Of a DNA stretch of 64,000 nt, positions 1-13,539 are shown in pieces. Below the pieces are notes generated by a model that made no database searches, was not told where the DNA came from, and worked only from the letters and a program-made list of their open reading frames with translations. Source of the stretch: Azolla caroliniana (Eukaryota; Plantae; Polypodiophyta). The stretch is from positions 30,504,001 to 30,568,000 of the forward strand of contig JBHGNT010000001.1 in NCBI GenBank assembly GCA_043228905.1, read 5' to 3'. The stretch's first letter is position 1. Every line of letters begins with the position of its first letter. The position numbers and the translations under genes are program-made.

Positions 1-203
1 AAGCATCTAGTTTCAAGTCTCTCCCTCGACACTAACAAGGTTAAGAGAATTTTCCAATTTCACATACTTAGAAGATCTACTATATAAATCTATCATAAAC
101 TAGAAGGATTAGACTTAGCATATTACTCTTAGGGCATAATTGATTCCCTTTCACAAAGCAAAACGTTGAGAAAGGGACGGTATATAGAATAACGAGGATT
201 TAC

Positions 204-3200
204 CTTTGAATATCTCGTAAGAAGCTCTCGACGTCCATATCATTAAATGGGCCACCATCAACCCTTTGGCCACTTGCCACAGAAATCTTAGCAGCAATAC
301 CTTCAGCCAGCTGTCCAACAGTTTGTCTGCTTGGAAATGCATGAGGATTTATTATAATATCTGGCACAATCCCTTGTGGCGTGAAAAACATATCCTCTTC
401 ATCACATAAGAAACCAATAACCCCTTTTTGCCCATGTCGTGATGAGAACTTATCTCCATCCACAGGAACACGTGTGTCTCTCAATCTCACACGTGCAACT
501 GGATTCTCTTCATCATCTGATGTCAATATCACTTGATCGACTATTCCTCTGTTGATTGCATTCAATCTGAAGCTCGACTCTTCCCATTCAGATGTCGATG
601 ATTCTTTTAGACGATGTATTTTCGCGATCACGTCGTGAGGAAAGAATTTGTGTCCGATGATTGGGAGTCCACTATCATCGAGATTTATCTCTTTTGATCC
701 TGGTTCTGATTTTAGAGAGAAATTTGCAAACTTTTCAGATTTTCCATCAATCTCAAAGTCCAGAGCCTGAAAATGTACAGATCTGAAGAGCCCACGATCA
801 ATAGATGACCGGTTGATAATGATTGAATCCTCTTGATTATACCCATAGAAGGGGATGATTGCAACAATAGCATTCTGCCCATTATTAAGATCTTGTCTTT
901 GTAAAACTTTTGACAATTTTGTCTCACATATTGGAGTTTGAGGATAGAACAACTGATGACTTATGGTGTCAGACCTTGTTGATAAGCATGTTGTATACAA
1001 GCCTATAGCTTGTTTCCCATGTTTTTGGGCCTGGTACATTACTCTATTATAAGCATTGTGGTTAAAAAAAGGAATAAGATTCGTTCCGAGAGAGAAAGAA
1101 AGGGATGGATGTATTTGACAATGTGTAAAGTGATTAACATTACACTTTTTTCTGGAATTTCTCACTTCTTTATAATCTTCAGCAACAATGCACCTCTCTT
1201 CTTCTTCTGGTCCCACAAGTTCAACTATTCCATTATGCAATAAATATGTATACACACACTGGCTATGAGACTTCAGCTGTTCCATTTGATGCAATGTTAT
1301 AGATGGGTAGTTATTCTCTATACAAATCAACGGTCTCACAAAACGTCCCCCGTCGCAAAAAATGTGTATTTCCTTTCTACATGGATCTTCAGCTATTTCA
1401 ACCTGGAAAAGAGAAGTAACAGGGTATAGATATATTTTCAAATCTGTTTGCATGAAAAGTTCATTTTTCTGAAAAAAACAAAGGCACCCTAGACGCTCTC
1501 CCAAGAAAGGATGAAGAGATACATACCAAGTTCAAATTAAATAACTCTAGTGGCGTAAATTACAATTGTTAATGTTCATTGCTATGATATGTATTCACAA
1601 ACCATTACAATAAGAGTCCAAAATTATACACAGAAAAAGACATAGTACATATGTTCTCATTATCTAGCAGAAGGAACTTTTACAAAAATAAAGGATCTAC
1701 CTCATGATGAATGCATGATTGCCGACGAAGGTTACGCAAGTTCTTGACTAATTTACTGTGATCATCATGCACTCCAACCCATTCTCCATTCAAGAAGACT
1801 CTTGTTAATGATCTCATAGAATGTGGTGCAACTTCCCTCAATTCTTGTGGACAATGAATACGCAAGATCTCTAGAAGAGGCAATGTTGATGTCTCGGAAG
1901 TAATTTCACATCCAATTGAAAGCATATTAATAAGACCAGAATTTTCAGTATCAGGAGTCTCCACCATGCAAACCCTCCCCATAGCATATGTGTTTCTACA
2001 GATGTTGCATTTCAAAACAATCAGTATTTTCTCCAAAACATCTATATGAAATATTGAAAAAGTTCTCATTAAAAAGTAAAATATTAACCTTTATGTTTTC
2101 AAATCTTATCTTTAGCCCTAGAAGATACAATGAAGATAAAGATTGGAAGATTATCAGTACATTTGATTAAACTTGATGTGCATTGTGAACATTTTTTCTT
2201 GAAAGATTATTAGTATATTTGATTAAACCTGAGGTGATCATTTTTTCTTGGGAGATTAACAAAGAAGTTTTGAGATCGAAATAAAATTTTCAAGCATGAA
2301 ACAAAAATTAGGATTACTGAAGGATTTTAAACCATTGGTTGCTGCAAAAGTAGTGGTGCCAAGTCTCAAAACTCTTGGCATAGAAATTATATGTAGATCA
2401 CATTTGACTTTGTACAAATTAATTGGATCTCTTCCTTGAATACTTGGTATGACAGATGAAATCTTTCATTGGATATTTGTCAAAACCAAAATGTCTTGAT
2501 ATCTTAACAAATTCTTTTCAAGAATAGCAAATTTGTAATCAAATAGTAAAGAATAAGGGCTCTAAACTTTCTGTTTACATTAACAAAAAAGTGACATAAC
2601 TTGCCTGTAATCTCGTCCATTTTCTGTGACGACACCTGGCACTGGAAAGCGTATCTGTCGAAGATGAGACACGGTATCCAGATAATTTGTGCGTTTTAGC
2701 GTTACAGCCACACCACTGTTATAAGCTTCCCAATTCCCTGTTGATAATGCATATTTAAATCCCTTTGTGATAATGGAACCATCAACATGACATTCCAAGT
2801 TTTGTCTAAAGTCATCAGCAGCCATGGTCAATTTTTCCAACCTTCTTTTGAAGTTCAATAGAAACAGATAGATTAATCTTTTAAGCTTCTCCCTAAAGAG
2901 ACCACCAGCTAATTCAACACGCTTATTTTTAAACTCGTCTCGAATATCTAGTTTACGCCGCCCAAGTTGACATGACAACACAGAATAAAACATGTAACTC
3001 AAGAGCATGACTTTCTGAGTAAGATCGTTGTCGAGATGTGGGAAAAGATTATATCTCAGGATATCCTCCACTGACAATGGCAAATTGATATAATTTTTGA
3101 GACACTTTATAGCTTTTTCTCTGCTTTGACAACATTTTATTGCTTTTTCTGTGTTTTTGGTACAGAGATCCAGTGAATCTTCTAGAGATAATCCCATTAT

Positions 3201-5468
3201 TTCGTTTGCTTGGTATATAGAGGGATATATTAGATTTACCATTTCATTATCAATATCACCTTCACAAATCCTTTCAACAAGTTCTTTATCATTTCTGACA
3301 CCAAGCGCACGAAACAAGATAACTGCTGGTACAGCGGTTTTGAGTCCAAAGAAGTTAACTCTAAGAAAGGGTAATCCGGATTTCTTTGAGTTGACATTAG
3401 AGAATATAATCTCTGCCTTAGTTCTCCTTTTCACAATTTTCTCACTTTTGCTTGATGATGTATATGAACATGTTAAACCTCTCTTTCGTTCCGATTTTGA
3501 GCAAAATATGGAGCTTCGAAATCCTTCTTGAGAGATCAAGACCTGTGGAATGATTCATTAAAGATATTTGACATCTTGAGACTGGAAAATTTAATGAAAA
3601 TGGTTTCAATATACATCACATTATGTCATGGACAACCTACTCCAATATTGTTCAGCAAATCTATTAAGATATCCTTGTTGTTTAGCTTTTTAAAATAGCA
3701 ACTTAGAGTTCATGAAATAAAATAAAGAATTTGTTCTTATTTTATTTTTAAGCTACCCGCTTAGAAATCATGAACACACACAAGAATTGAACCTTTTCTG
3801 AACCATTTATAATGAAATAGCCTCCACCATCAAAGTGGCATTGGCCTACTCGCTTCCTCTCCTCCATTTGCATATCAGCTAAGTAGCATATATTTGACAT
3901 CACCATCACAGGGATTTTCCCAATGAAAACATTCTCCAGAACATCATCTTTAACAGCAACTTTCTGGCACGGGGCCTTTTTTTCATCATCTTTGGACTGT
4001 GAGTTTCCATCTTCATCATTGTTGTCAATCAATGATGATCCAGAAACCTGCATCGAAGCAGCATTCTTAATCATTATTCTTTCACTAAGAAGTTGCATTT
4101 TGGAACCAAATATGAATACCTTCTAACTCATACACTGGGATCTGAGTTAAATACATTCTAAAACAAGGATAAATATACAATGTTGCAGCAAACTGAGGGG
4201 TGTGATAACATAGATGGCATACTTCAAAGTTCAACCAACACATTGAAGTCTTAGTCTCATAATTCATCAACATCTTGAAGTCTTAGCCCCATCATTATCA
4301 TACTTAAGACTACAGAGAATTTCAGCACGTCAACTGCAAGGCTTCCTACCATTTTTCACCATACTGATGCTTCCATAAAATGATAAAATATTGTCAACAA
4401 CATTCTTTTCTCTCTCTAATATCATATAAACGATATTAATTCACATAAGAATGCATGTGTACACAAGTATATGTCTATTTCTCTAATGCGTACTTATATG
4501 TGTATATATATACCCATGGATATGATTTTTTTAAAATATAATCAAATCATATTACCAACAGGAAGTCTCAATATGGTAAAAACCCAGAATGATAAGTATA
4601 AGTGAACACAAGGTCTCAACATCCTCAATTAGATGAAATAAATTAAAAGAACATTTTAGATCTATGCTCTTCAATATCCAGTGAAGCATATCAAGCATGA
4701 ACTCATAATATTTACAGGGAAAATCTAGATACAATATGTATATGCACGTGCACTATTGAGGTCATGATACTAAGTAGTATACATACAAACCAAACATTGA
4801 TTTTCATATCCTTATATACAGATCAACCCACAATGATAAGTACAATAAGTGAACACAAGGTCTCAACATCCTCAATTACATGAAATAAATTAAAAGAATA
4901 TTTTAGATCTATGCTCTTCAATATCCAGTGAAGCATATCAAACATGGACTCATAATAATTACATGGCAAATCTAGATACAATATGTATATGCATGTGCAC
5001 CATTGAGATAATGATACTAAGTCCCAAACTTTGATTTTCATATCCTTATATACAGATCAAACTACCCTAATGGAAGCTCAAAATATAAATGTAGGATCAA
5101 AATCAAACCTTGAATTTTATATCAGCATACATAGATGCATTGTAAGTCATTTTCCGGAGCCGGGCTTCTGTTGGAAGAAGATTCAAAGTAGTTCCTTGTT
5201 GATCTGTCCATGTTGGTTTGCATATTTTTACATGCCCAAAACTGACTTGGGCAGAATCTAAAGATCCTGGCCTTTGCTTGAACTCACAATTGGGCTTTAT
5301 TGTTAAAGGTGGCGTTTTCTCAAAGACAGTATGAAGATCATCGAGAAACCTATTATAGGAATTGATCTGATGAGCTACCAAGTTCTTACTTTCAACATAG
5401 GATTGGAAGACATTATCGAAAAGAAACTTCTCTTCTTCATCTGTCAATGTGCGTTCAGGATCCTCCAT
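204..5468 (-). CDS. NRPD2: RNA polymerase IV/V second-largest subunit (NRPD2/NRPE2-like), 5' part; the gene continues beyond window position 1. Inferred coding exons 5468-5109, 4119-3793, 3542-~2601, ~1996-1701, 1402-204
   Basis: RPB2-family motifs HQINSYNRF, PTEARLRKMTY, IGKIPVMV, GGYFIINGSEKV, KRVELAG, GYNQEDS (metal B), GDKFSSRHGQKG, PDIIINPHAFPSRQT. The YQAQKH and AFPSRQT variants resemble NRPD2 rather than NRPB2 (YQSAMGKQ, AIPSRMT). Few long exons with frame-preserving GT-AG junctions; the 2601/1996 junction is uncertain. Confidence 0.85.
4582..5060. repeat. ~240-bp tandem duplication inside the first coding intron of the NRPD2-like gene
   Basis: Near-identical blocks starting ACCCAGAATGATAAGTA (4582) and ACCCACAATGATAAGTA (4826), both containing GAACACAAGGTCTCAACATCCTCAATT...TTTTAGATCTATGCTCTTCAATATCCAGTGAAGCATATCA. 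Confidence 0.85.
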
Positions 5469-5871
5469 TTAATATTAATTTAATGGACTAATTATTTACC
5501 TACATAAAAGAAGTCATTGAAATAAATCAGCAATATTTAATTTCCTTTGTGTATTGACTCAAAAACATAAAGCACCTCTATGATTAAAAGAACAATGCAT
5601 GAGTTCCAAATTTTTGTTGCATCAAATGAATCATCAAAACTAAAGAACAATGAGATTGGTGGATTTCAGAAAAATACATAAACCATTCTATTCCTTTGGG
5701 CTAGTTAATCTGAATCTAAAGTCAAAGAAATGTTCTAGTAAGATGAATGTCGTATCATAAAATTATTTATTCAAATTGATCCCATCCATAATTTTGTTTG
5801 GCGTGTCTGTAGAAGCCCTTATGGAAGAATCTATATTGGCACCCATGCATAGTACAAATATATGCTTGCAT

Positions 5872-5882
5872 ACACACACACA

Positions 5883-5926
<44 letters not shown>

Positions 5927-5936
5927 TACATACATA
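5872..5936. repeat. (CA)n/(CATA)n microsatellite
   Basis: Direct read. Other microsatellites include (AAGAG)n ~6446-6484, (CT)n ~17061-17092, (TA)n ~27553-27581, (GA)n ~28723-28761 and (CA)n ~30157-30198. Confidence 0.9.
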
Positions 5937-8604
5937 TGCATGCACACATATCCACTACACGTAAAAGAACACACATACACATACATGCATATTACATGCT
6001 TCCTTACAAATACACATTTTTAGGATAACAGTATTTTAATTGCATAAAGGCGCACAAATAGGCATTGAAGGGAAAGAATGTGTGTGTAGAACCACCGGCT
6101 TTATACCATGAACAGCTCAATGCTGAATACTCTGGAAACGTATGCTTACTGCAGACCATATCAAGTATTGCTTCACTAAAATATATTGCCCCTACGAGAA
6201 GCAACCAATCTGATTGCCAAGCTGAAGAACCTTTCACATTCATGAGGAGATTTATTGAAGCACGTAGTTCCAATATAAGAATGAAACATACCACGAATTA
6301 AACATTGCAAAAGAGGGACAAATTAAGCAGTGTTGGATGAATGTGCTATCAATATATGAATATTTGAAACACTAACAAAGAAAGCATGCGAGAGAGAGGG
6401 GGAGAGAGGAGACATACCTCGTCTTCATGGGAAGAGCAGAGCATAGAAGAGAAGAGAAGAGAAGAGAAGAGAAGAGAAGAGAAGTGTGATTTGGCTGAGC
6501 TCTTATGCTTCTCTCGTCATCTCTTTCTCTTGTCTCCTCTCCTTCACTTTCTTTTGTCTTCTCTCTTTCGTTCTCTTCTTCTCTTTCAAAAACTTATACG
6601 AGGAGGAGGAGGGGCGTTTTGAGAGTTTAGAAAACCAACGACAAAAGGGTGCGGTGCTTCCACAAGAAGAAGCCAAAAAGAAAAAAGGAAAAAAAGCAAA
6701 AGCAAAAAACATACGAGGGGTATTTTGGGAGTTTTTTTTTGAGACCCCAAGGAGGAAGGGTATTTAGTTCTCTCACATCTCTCAAAACACTCCTTTGTAA
6801 GGTATCCTTCTCGTGGAATTTGGAGTGGAAATAAATAAATGCATGAAGCATGTTCTCGAGGGGATCCATAAGCATGTCAAGGTTGCTTGGTTAAATTTCC
6901 CACCGTAAAGTCATGTACCTTCTTTGCTTGAATGATCGATAAACTCAGGGTTGCTTGGTTAAATGTCCCATCGTAAAGCCACACATCTTCTCCGCTTGTT
7001 CGTCATGAACGATCGATAAACTCCACTCCTCTATGTAGTCATTACACAAGCTATTCAAACATGGATCCCTTCGCAGTACAACTAAATGATCATGGTTGCA
7101 ACACGTAGTAGGGAGCTTCATGATGCTCATATGACAACATCCTGTTCGTTACAAAACACAAGGAGATGTATGAAAGGTTGACATACTATCCTAAAATGCT
7201 CCTTGAGGGTTTGCACCCGAGTCTCATGGACAACATTCAATACATGGTAGCCCATCGGCTTGCTGCTTCATTACGAAAGTCGAAATACGATTAATGGAAT
7301 GCGATATCCTATCGACTCGCCACAAACAAAGAGGGTTCTCATGACATCCCTCATTTCTAGATTCATCGTTATGGACCTGTTTAGTCCCATGTGATAAAGG
7401 AGAATGCAAATGATGGATGAATGCCTTGTCAACTTGCCTACAAATCCTTAATTCCTCCTCTGACAACCTCTTAGAAGTTTCCAATAAGGAAAATTGCCAC
7501 ACAAGAGTGCCCTTTAAATGTGTATTTGAACCCTTTTACTGAGCATAAAAACAAGTGCTAATTATGCCACAATCTCCAATACCTTAGATACTAAAAAGTG
7601 GAGAAGGCACTCTCGGTTGCACATTACCAAACACCCATAGAAACAGGGATTTCGACACTTCCACGTACAGAAGCCTATACTATATATAAGTATGAACTTT
7701 GAGATAGCCCTTGGTACTAGACAACCGATAAATGGGATATTGACTATGTTCCTTTGAAACTGTGCAAAACAAACACATTCTACAAACAATACTTCGTCCT
7801 TAAGTAGCACTTAAGAGGTAATGGTAATGCATCCTCCATAGACCCTACAAATAAACATCTTAGCTCTGATGAAAGGAAGATGAGATTGCTACCCCTGTTT
7901 GTACTGCACTTTTGCCACCACCTATTAGATCTATCTATATCTATATCTATATATACCTATCAATCAATTAGTTTATGATGTACAAAATTAGCTTTTTCTT
8001 TAGCAATGCTTTTGTGATCCCCAAATCTCCAATCTACCTCAGGCATTACCTTAGTCAAATTTGGAATTGATTGATTCAAAGCCGGCATTTCTTGCAACCG
8101 AGAGTATGTACGTGTTTCTACGCCTGCGGTGGCTTGGCAGGCTCAGTGTGGTCACATCACCATCTCTAGAGAGGGAGGGGCTTGTTCATTTGTGGTGCGG
8201 TTATCTGTAATTGACACTACCCAAAACACAAACACTTTTCTCTAAAATATATACACATGCATGCTTGATGAATGATGAATGGATACATTCCTAAAACAAT
8301 GTAGCAATTTAGCTCTGTATCTTAACGTGCCTCTCCCTCCTCATATTCCAAATTTCATGAGCTTGCTAAAATCCGTAATGTAAACATGTGCACTCGTTAT
8401 ATACACAAGCTTTAGAGTTTAAGTGTCAAAGGCTCAGGGATTAGGCATTCGGGCATTAGGGATTAAGGTCTAGAGTTTATGTAAGGTAAGGATTATGGGT
8501 TTAAGTTTAGGGTTAGGGAGTAGAATTTGGAATTTAGGGTTTAGGCAGGATGTGCAAGAAATTCACCTCACACCACAAGAAATGGAGGAGGATCGCTTCT
8601 TTGG

Positions 8605-11298
8605 GTGGAGAGGGAGACCATTGGGAAAAGAAAGTCCAGCCCTTTCATCGTAGATGATAACATCAACAAACTTCTCTGGAAAATAATGAGGAGGCCTTCC
8701 TCAGATGAAATTGCTCTAGTAGGTGTATTGAAAAAATGTGGCCGACAAGGAGACCTCGAGAAAGGTGACAAAATACATGCTGATGTATACAAATCTGGTA
8801 TCCTTCAAAACAACATCTACATTTCAAGTGCTCTAGTTAGTTTATATGCAAAATGTGGTAAGCTTGAGAAAGCACAGGAAGTATTTGATTGTCTTTTGGT
8901 TCGGAACGTAGTTTTGTGGAATGCACTTATTTCAGGATTTGCTCAACATGGGTATGGTCAAGAAGCATGGGGTTGCTTTGATAGGATGCAAGAAGAGGGT
9001 CTTTCTCCAGATTCAGTCACTTTTCTATGCATTTTCAAAGCATGTAGTAAGGTTAAGGACTTGTGTAAGGGGGAAAGAATTCACGCTAAGATTGTTGTTG
9101 GGGGCAGGTATCTGGCAGAAAATAATGCAATTTGCAATGCACTAGTAGATATGTATAGTAAATGTGGCAATCTCAGAAAGGCTGAGGAAGTTTTTCATTG
9201 CATTCGGGTCCGTGATGTGGTCTCTTGGAATGCACGCATAGCTGGATATGTCGCCCATGGTCAAGCTTGTAAGGCATTGCATTGCTATGAAGAGATGCAA
9301 TGCGAAGGTATGTCTGTGGATGAATTCACCATTGTTTCTATCTTGAAATCTTGTGGTAGCCTTGAGGCATCTGGAAAAGGTGAAGAAGTATATGCTAAAA
9401 TCATCCAAGAAGGGTTCTCACCGGCAGAAAACATCTTGTTAGGCAATGCATTGTTGGATATGTATGCCAAATGTGGATTGCTAGCAAAAGCAAAGGAAGT
9501 GTTTGTTGAACTTCGAACCCCGAACGTGGTTTCTTGGAATTGTCTAGTAACAGGATATACCCAACATGGAAATGAAAGGGAAGCTGTTGAATATTGCTTT
9601 CACCAGATGCAGCAAGAGAACTTTGTTCCAGATAAAATCACATGCATTTGTATCTTGAAAGCCTGCGGGAGTATAAGAGCCTTAGGTCAAGGTAAAGAAA
9701 TACATATTAAGGTTGTTGAAGAGGGGTTACTTAATGAGGATGTTTTTGTTGGTAATGCATTAGTAGACATGTATGTGAAATGTGGTATGCATTCAAGAGC
9801 ACAAGAGGTATTCGATCATCTTCCAAACCGAGACGTGTCTTCTTGGAATGTATTGATTGCTGGACATTCTGAGCTCGGGCAAGACAAGGAAGTATTGGAT
9901 TGTTTCACATTAATGCAATATGATAGATTCTCTCCAAATTGGATTACCTTTATATATGTTTTGAAAGCTTGTGGCAATTTCAAATTGATCAATTTGGGTA
10001 AAGAAATACATGCACAAGTTCTTAGAGAGGGTTCTCATGAAGACGATATCTTGATCGGCACGGCATTGTTGGACATGTATGCTAAATGTGGAGAGCTCAT
10101 CAAAGCACAAGAATTATTCGATCAACTTCCCATCCGAAATATAGTCTCATGGAATGCACTCATTTCTGGTTATGCCATGAATGGCTACACCAAAGAAGCA
10201 TTGGATTGTTTCAGAAGGATGAAATGCCGAGGTCTCTCTCCTAATGAAGCCACATTTCTATGCTTATTGAAAGCTTGTGGAGCATCGACTGATCATGCAA
10301 AGGGCGAAGAACTACATGCTGAGATAATGAAAGAGAGATTTCCGGACGAAAGTGGTCGGCTTGGAAATGCACTAGTTGAGATGTATGCAAAATGTGGGAT
10401 GCTTACGAAATCACAAGAAGTGTTTGAAGAGCTTGGCTTCCGAGATATTGTCTTGTGGGATGTTCGAATAGCATGTTTTGTTCAACATGAACAAGGTGAG
10501 GAAGCATTGAGAAGTTTCAAAGACATGCAATGCCAAGGTATCTCTCCGGATGCAATCATCTTTTCTCATATCTTGAGAGCATGTGCATGTTCCGGAGCTT
10601 CCCAAAAGGGAAAGGAAATCCATGCTGTGCTCATTGCCAATGAAACTATTTTAGGATATCCTCAAGATATTTTAAGATACAATCAAATTTTGTTAGGGGA
10701 TAGTAAGATTATTAGGGTTGCATTGATGGATATGTATGCCAAATGTGGGAAGGTCACAAACGCTCAGGATATATTCAATCAGCTTGAACCTCGTAGTATC
10801 ATATCATGGACAACACTAATGGCTGGCTATGCCCAACTTGGGCATGATGAGGTTGTATTTGGTATGCTCAATGAAATGATAACAATTGAAGGTATAGAGC
10901 CTGATCAAATAACATTTACTATTGTTCTTAACGTATGTAGTCAATCGGGGCTCCTTGACGAGGCCATGTTTTACTTCATTGTCATGACCTTGGACTATGG
11001 CATTATCCCTACATTAGAGCACTGTACTTGTATGGTGGACCTATATGGCCGTGCTGGTCAATTTGTTATGGCGATGGCAGTCATCAAGGTGATGCCAACT
11101 TGCAATTGTCTTCTTGTGTGGACGACATTGTTAGGAGCTTGTAAAAAATGGGGAAATGTGAATCTTGGAAGATGGGCCTTTGAACATTCTATAGAGTTGA
11201 ATGAAAAGAATGTTACTGCATATGTTTGTATGAGTAACATATATGTATTATTTGCATCAATGCAAGTTAATGAAACTGATAGCATAAAAACTTCTTGA
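8605..11298 (+). CDS. PLS-class pentatricopeptide repeat protein with E motif and no DYW domain (organellar RNA-editing factor type). The true start is probably an ATG such as 8686 rather than the GTG
   Basis: Single ~2.7-kb ORF with repeated P-L-S triplets (NALVDMYSKCG...A..VF...DVVSWN..I.GY..HG). C-terminal E motifs HCTCMVDLYGRAG, WTTLLGACKKWGNV and AYVCMSNIY are followed closely by a stop. Confidence 0.93.
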   Translation: MERETIGKRKSSPFIVDDNINKLLWKIMRRPSSDEIALVGVLKKCGRQGDLEKGDKIHADVYKSGILQNNIYISSALVSLYAKCGKLEKAQEVFDCLLVRNVVLWNALISGFAQHGYGQEAWGCFDRMQEEGLSPDSVTFLCIFKACSKVKDLCKGERIHAKIVVGGRYLAENNAICNALVDMYSKCGNLRKAEEVFHCIRVRDVVSWNARIAGYVAHGQACKALHCYEEMQCEGMSVDEFTIVSILKSCGSLEASGKGEEVYAKIIQEGFSPAENILLGNALLDMYAKCGLLAKAKEVFVELRTPNVVSWNCLVTGYTQHGNEREAVEYCFHQMQQENFVPDKITCICILKACGSIRALGQGKEIHIKVVEEGLLNEDVFVGNALVDMYVKCGMHSRAQEVFDHLPNRDVSSWNVLIAGHSELGQDKEVLDCFTLMQYDRFSPNWITFIYVLKACGNFKLINLGKEIHAQVLREGSHEDDILIGTALLDMYAKCGELIKAQELFDQLPIRNIVSWNALISGYAMNGYTKEALDCFRRMKCRGLSPNEATFLCLLKACGASTDHAKGEELHAEIMKERFPDESGRLGNALVEMYAKCGMLTKSQEVFEELGFRDIVLWDVRIACFVQHEQGEEALRSFKDMQCQGISPDAIIFSHILRACACSGASQKGKEIHAVLIANETILGYPQDILRYNQILLGDSKIIRVALMDMYAKCGKVTNAQDIFNQLEPRSIISWTTLMAGYAQLGHDEVVFGMLNEMITIEGIEPDQITFTIVLNVCSQSGLLDEAMFYFIVMTLDYGIIPTLEHCTCMVDLYGRAGQFVMAMAVIKVMPTCNCLLVWTTLLGACKKWGNVNLGRWAFEHSIELNEKNVTAYVCMSNIYVLFASMQVNETDSIKTS

Positions 11299-13539
11299 AG
11301 TTCTATCCATGATGTCATGATATTGACAAAGTCGTGTGGGTATTGTATGCAAGAGGAAGTTTTGCACAACAAGATCTATTCTTGATGACCTTCATTAATC
11401 TCATATTTTTCGTTTGTCGCCAATGTTGTAGACCACTCTCTTAACTTAGTTTTAACACTTTTGCAACAACCACATGTATAGTCTTATAACAAACATTACA
11501 CCCTTGAGTCCATGTTGGTATCAAAGAATGAGCCCAGTATTTGGATTGCATGATCCAACATGTACAATCTATATGAAGGTTGGGGATGTGTTTATGAGGG
11601 AGTTAGAGACACATATTTCTCAACAATGTTGGAGAATAAAATATATTATATGATGGTTTTAGCAGTTAATTATATTGATAGTGGTAATATTAAGATGTAA
11701 GCCCACGCGAGTACTTTATATCAACATATAACCAATTCCTTACCCCACACAATTAAGACAATAATTTAAGTACAGTCTAATTACATGTTTGATGAAGTCA
11801 TTACCGCTTGAGTTTGTTAAACACAACATGGTTGAGAAAAACAATAAAATTGCCCTAGAGTAAATGTTTTGTAGCATTGAAACCTTAAAGAGTATGTGAT
11901 ATTGACAACATTGTGACATATGCTCGTCTTCGTTTGTGAGTGATTGATGCTTTTTCTTGTATATTTTGCATATATATTTTATGACATAATTGTATGTTAG
12001 TTATAAGAGTAATGTACCCATCACTCTTTTCATGTTCCTTCACAACAATTGGATCTAGGATCTCTTGCTTTCTTTTTTCATGTCTCACCATGACTTGACA
12101 CTACCCACACACATAATACGTTATTAACGGATTGAATGTAGTAAGTATACAAAAGAGTGAAAGGAACCACTACCCACCATCAAGAAGTTCAATGAAATGA
12201 AGACATCCACATTGACCCTTAATCATGATGCAATCATGAAGTGATAACAAATCTTAATTTTCGATAAGAACGGGAGAGTTACATGTTTCATCACGTATAC
12301 GAGATTCCATCAATGTTGAGTGTTGATTAGAGAATGCACATCTTATAAGGTGTCCACTTGTACAAAAGAGAGGGATAGAGCCATGTGTTAAACAATGGCA
12401 AATCCCTTTTTGATATGACAAGTGTCAACTTGAAAATTATAAAGAAACGTGTGAGTGGATAAAATTTGCAATCACATCTTTCACCATGTCATACATAATG
12501 ACAACAAGATAGAGGTTAAAAGCTAGCCCCTCCTAGAGGTTAATACAAAAAGCTAGGGTTAGTGTTTAAAAGGATCAATACAAGCAAACATTGATTAGTC
12601 ATTAAAGTTATTATAGCAAGGTAGCACAAAATATATAATAGTTAATAGTAATGTGAAAGATAACACATAACAGAATGCATGCAACATAGACAATTGAAAA
12701 TAAAACAAGGACATTAAGTAATGATAAAAACAACTAATAAGAAATCAATAAAACAAAAGCACGTGGAGAAGAAAACCATCAAAATGACAAAATAAAAAAT
12801 GCATTGACTAGTACCGTAGGCTTTTGGTTTTTGTCTTGTTTAATCTTGTGCATATATATTTGAATATGGAATCCGTACTACAATGTTTCCGTATAGGATG
12901 TTCTGGTTGAAATGCCAAACTAATCCTAAAAACATTTACAAAAAGGAGGGTTTCAATTCTATCTTGGGGGATTCTATATCACACATACACATACACATAC
13001 ACATACGTATATGTATATGTATATCTACCTCGACTTCAAACCTTGCCCTTTCAACTTCAGTTAGTTTAACTTTATCTTGTCTTTTTCTCGTCCATTCTTG
13101 GACCCACTCATTATTGTTTAATGAATTAATAAGAAAATATCTCAACATCGTAATTGAATGTTGCATTCGTATTCGTAATCTGTATCTGGACCAAAGCTTG
13201 CAATATTATAATTGATACACGTACAACATTCCTAGGCTCAAGATTCTCTTGGTTAACTTGAGATGAATGTGTTTGGTGATTAGATTTTTTATGGTAATTT
13301 CAAGACATGCATTATCCTTCCACATAAACACTAAAAGTAGAAAATTGATGCCACTTGGAGGTCATGAGAGAAAATGCATATTGTTGTTCATACTTGAAAA
13401 AAAAAAATACACCATAGTTTCCATTACCAATCCAATAAGCATATACAAAGCATATAATGATACAACCTAATGGAGGGTAAAAGAAGAGAGAAACGGTATA
13501 TCCCCCACTATGTCATAATTGAAACCAAACTCCACCTAT

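Noticed and set aside
5763-6875. Short ORFs such as VCVCVC, HTHTHT and KRREE
   Set aside because: Artefacts of microsatellites and purine-rich UTR/promoter sequence; the same applies to ORFs near 12.9, 17.0, 26.9-27.7 and 28.7 kb.
6880-7920. Possible decayed transposon or gene fragment
   Set aside because: Composition looks formerly coding, with a short duplication at ~6880-7025, but no recognisable motif in any frame.
8450-8545. Interstitial telomere repeat
   Set aside because: Only a few degenerate TTTAGGG-like units; common low-complexity sequence.
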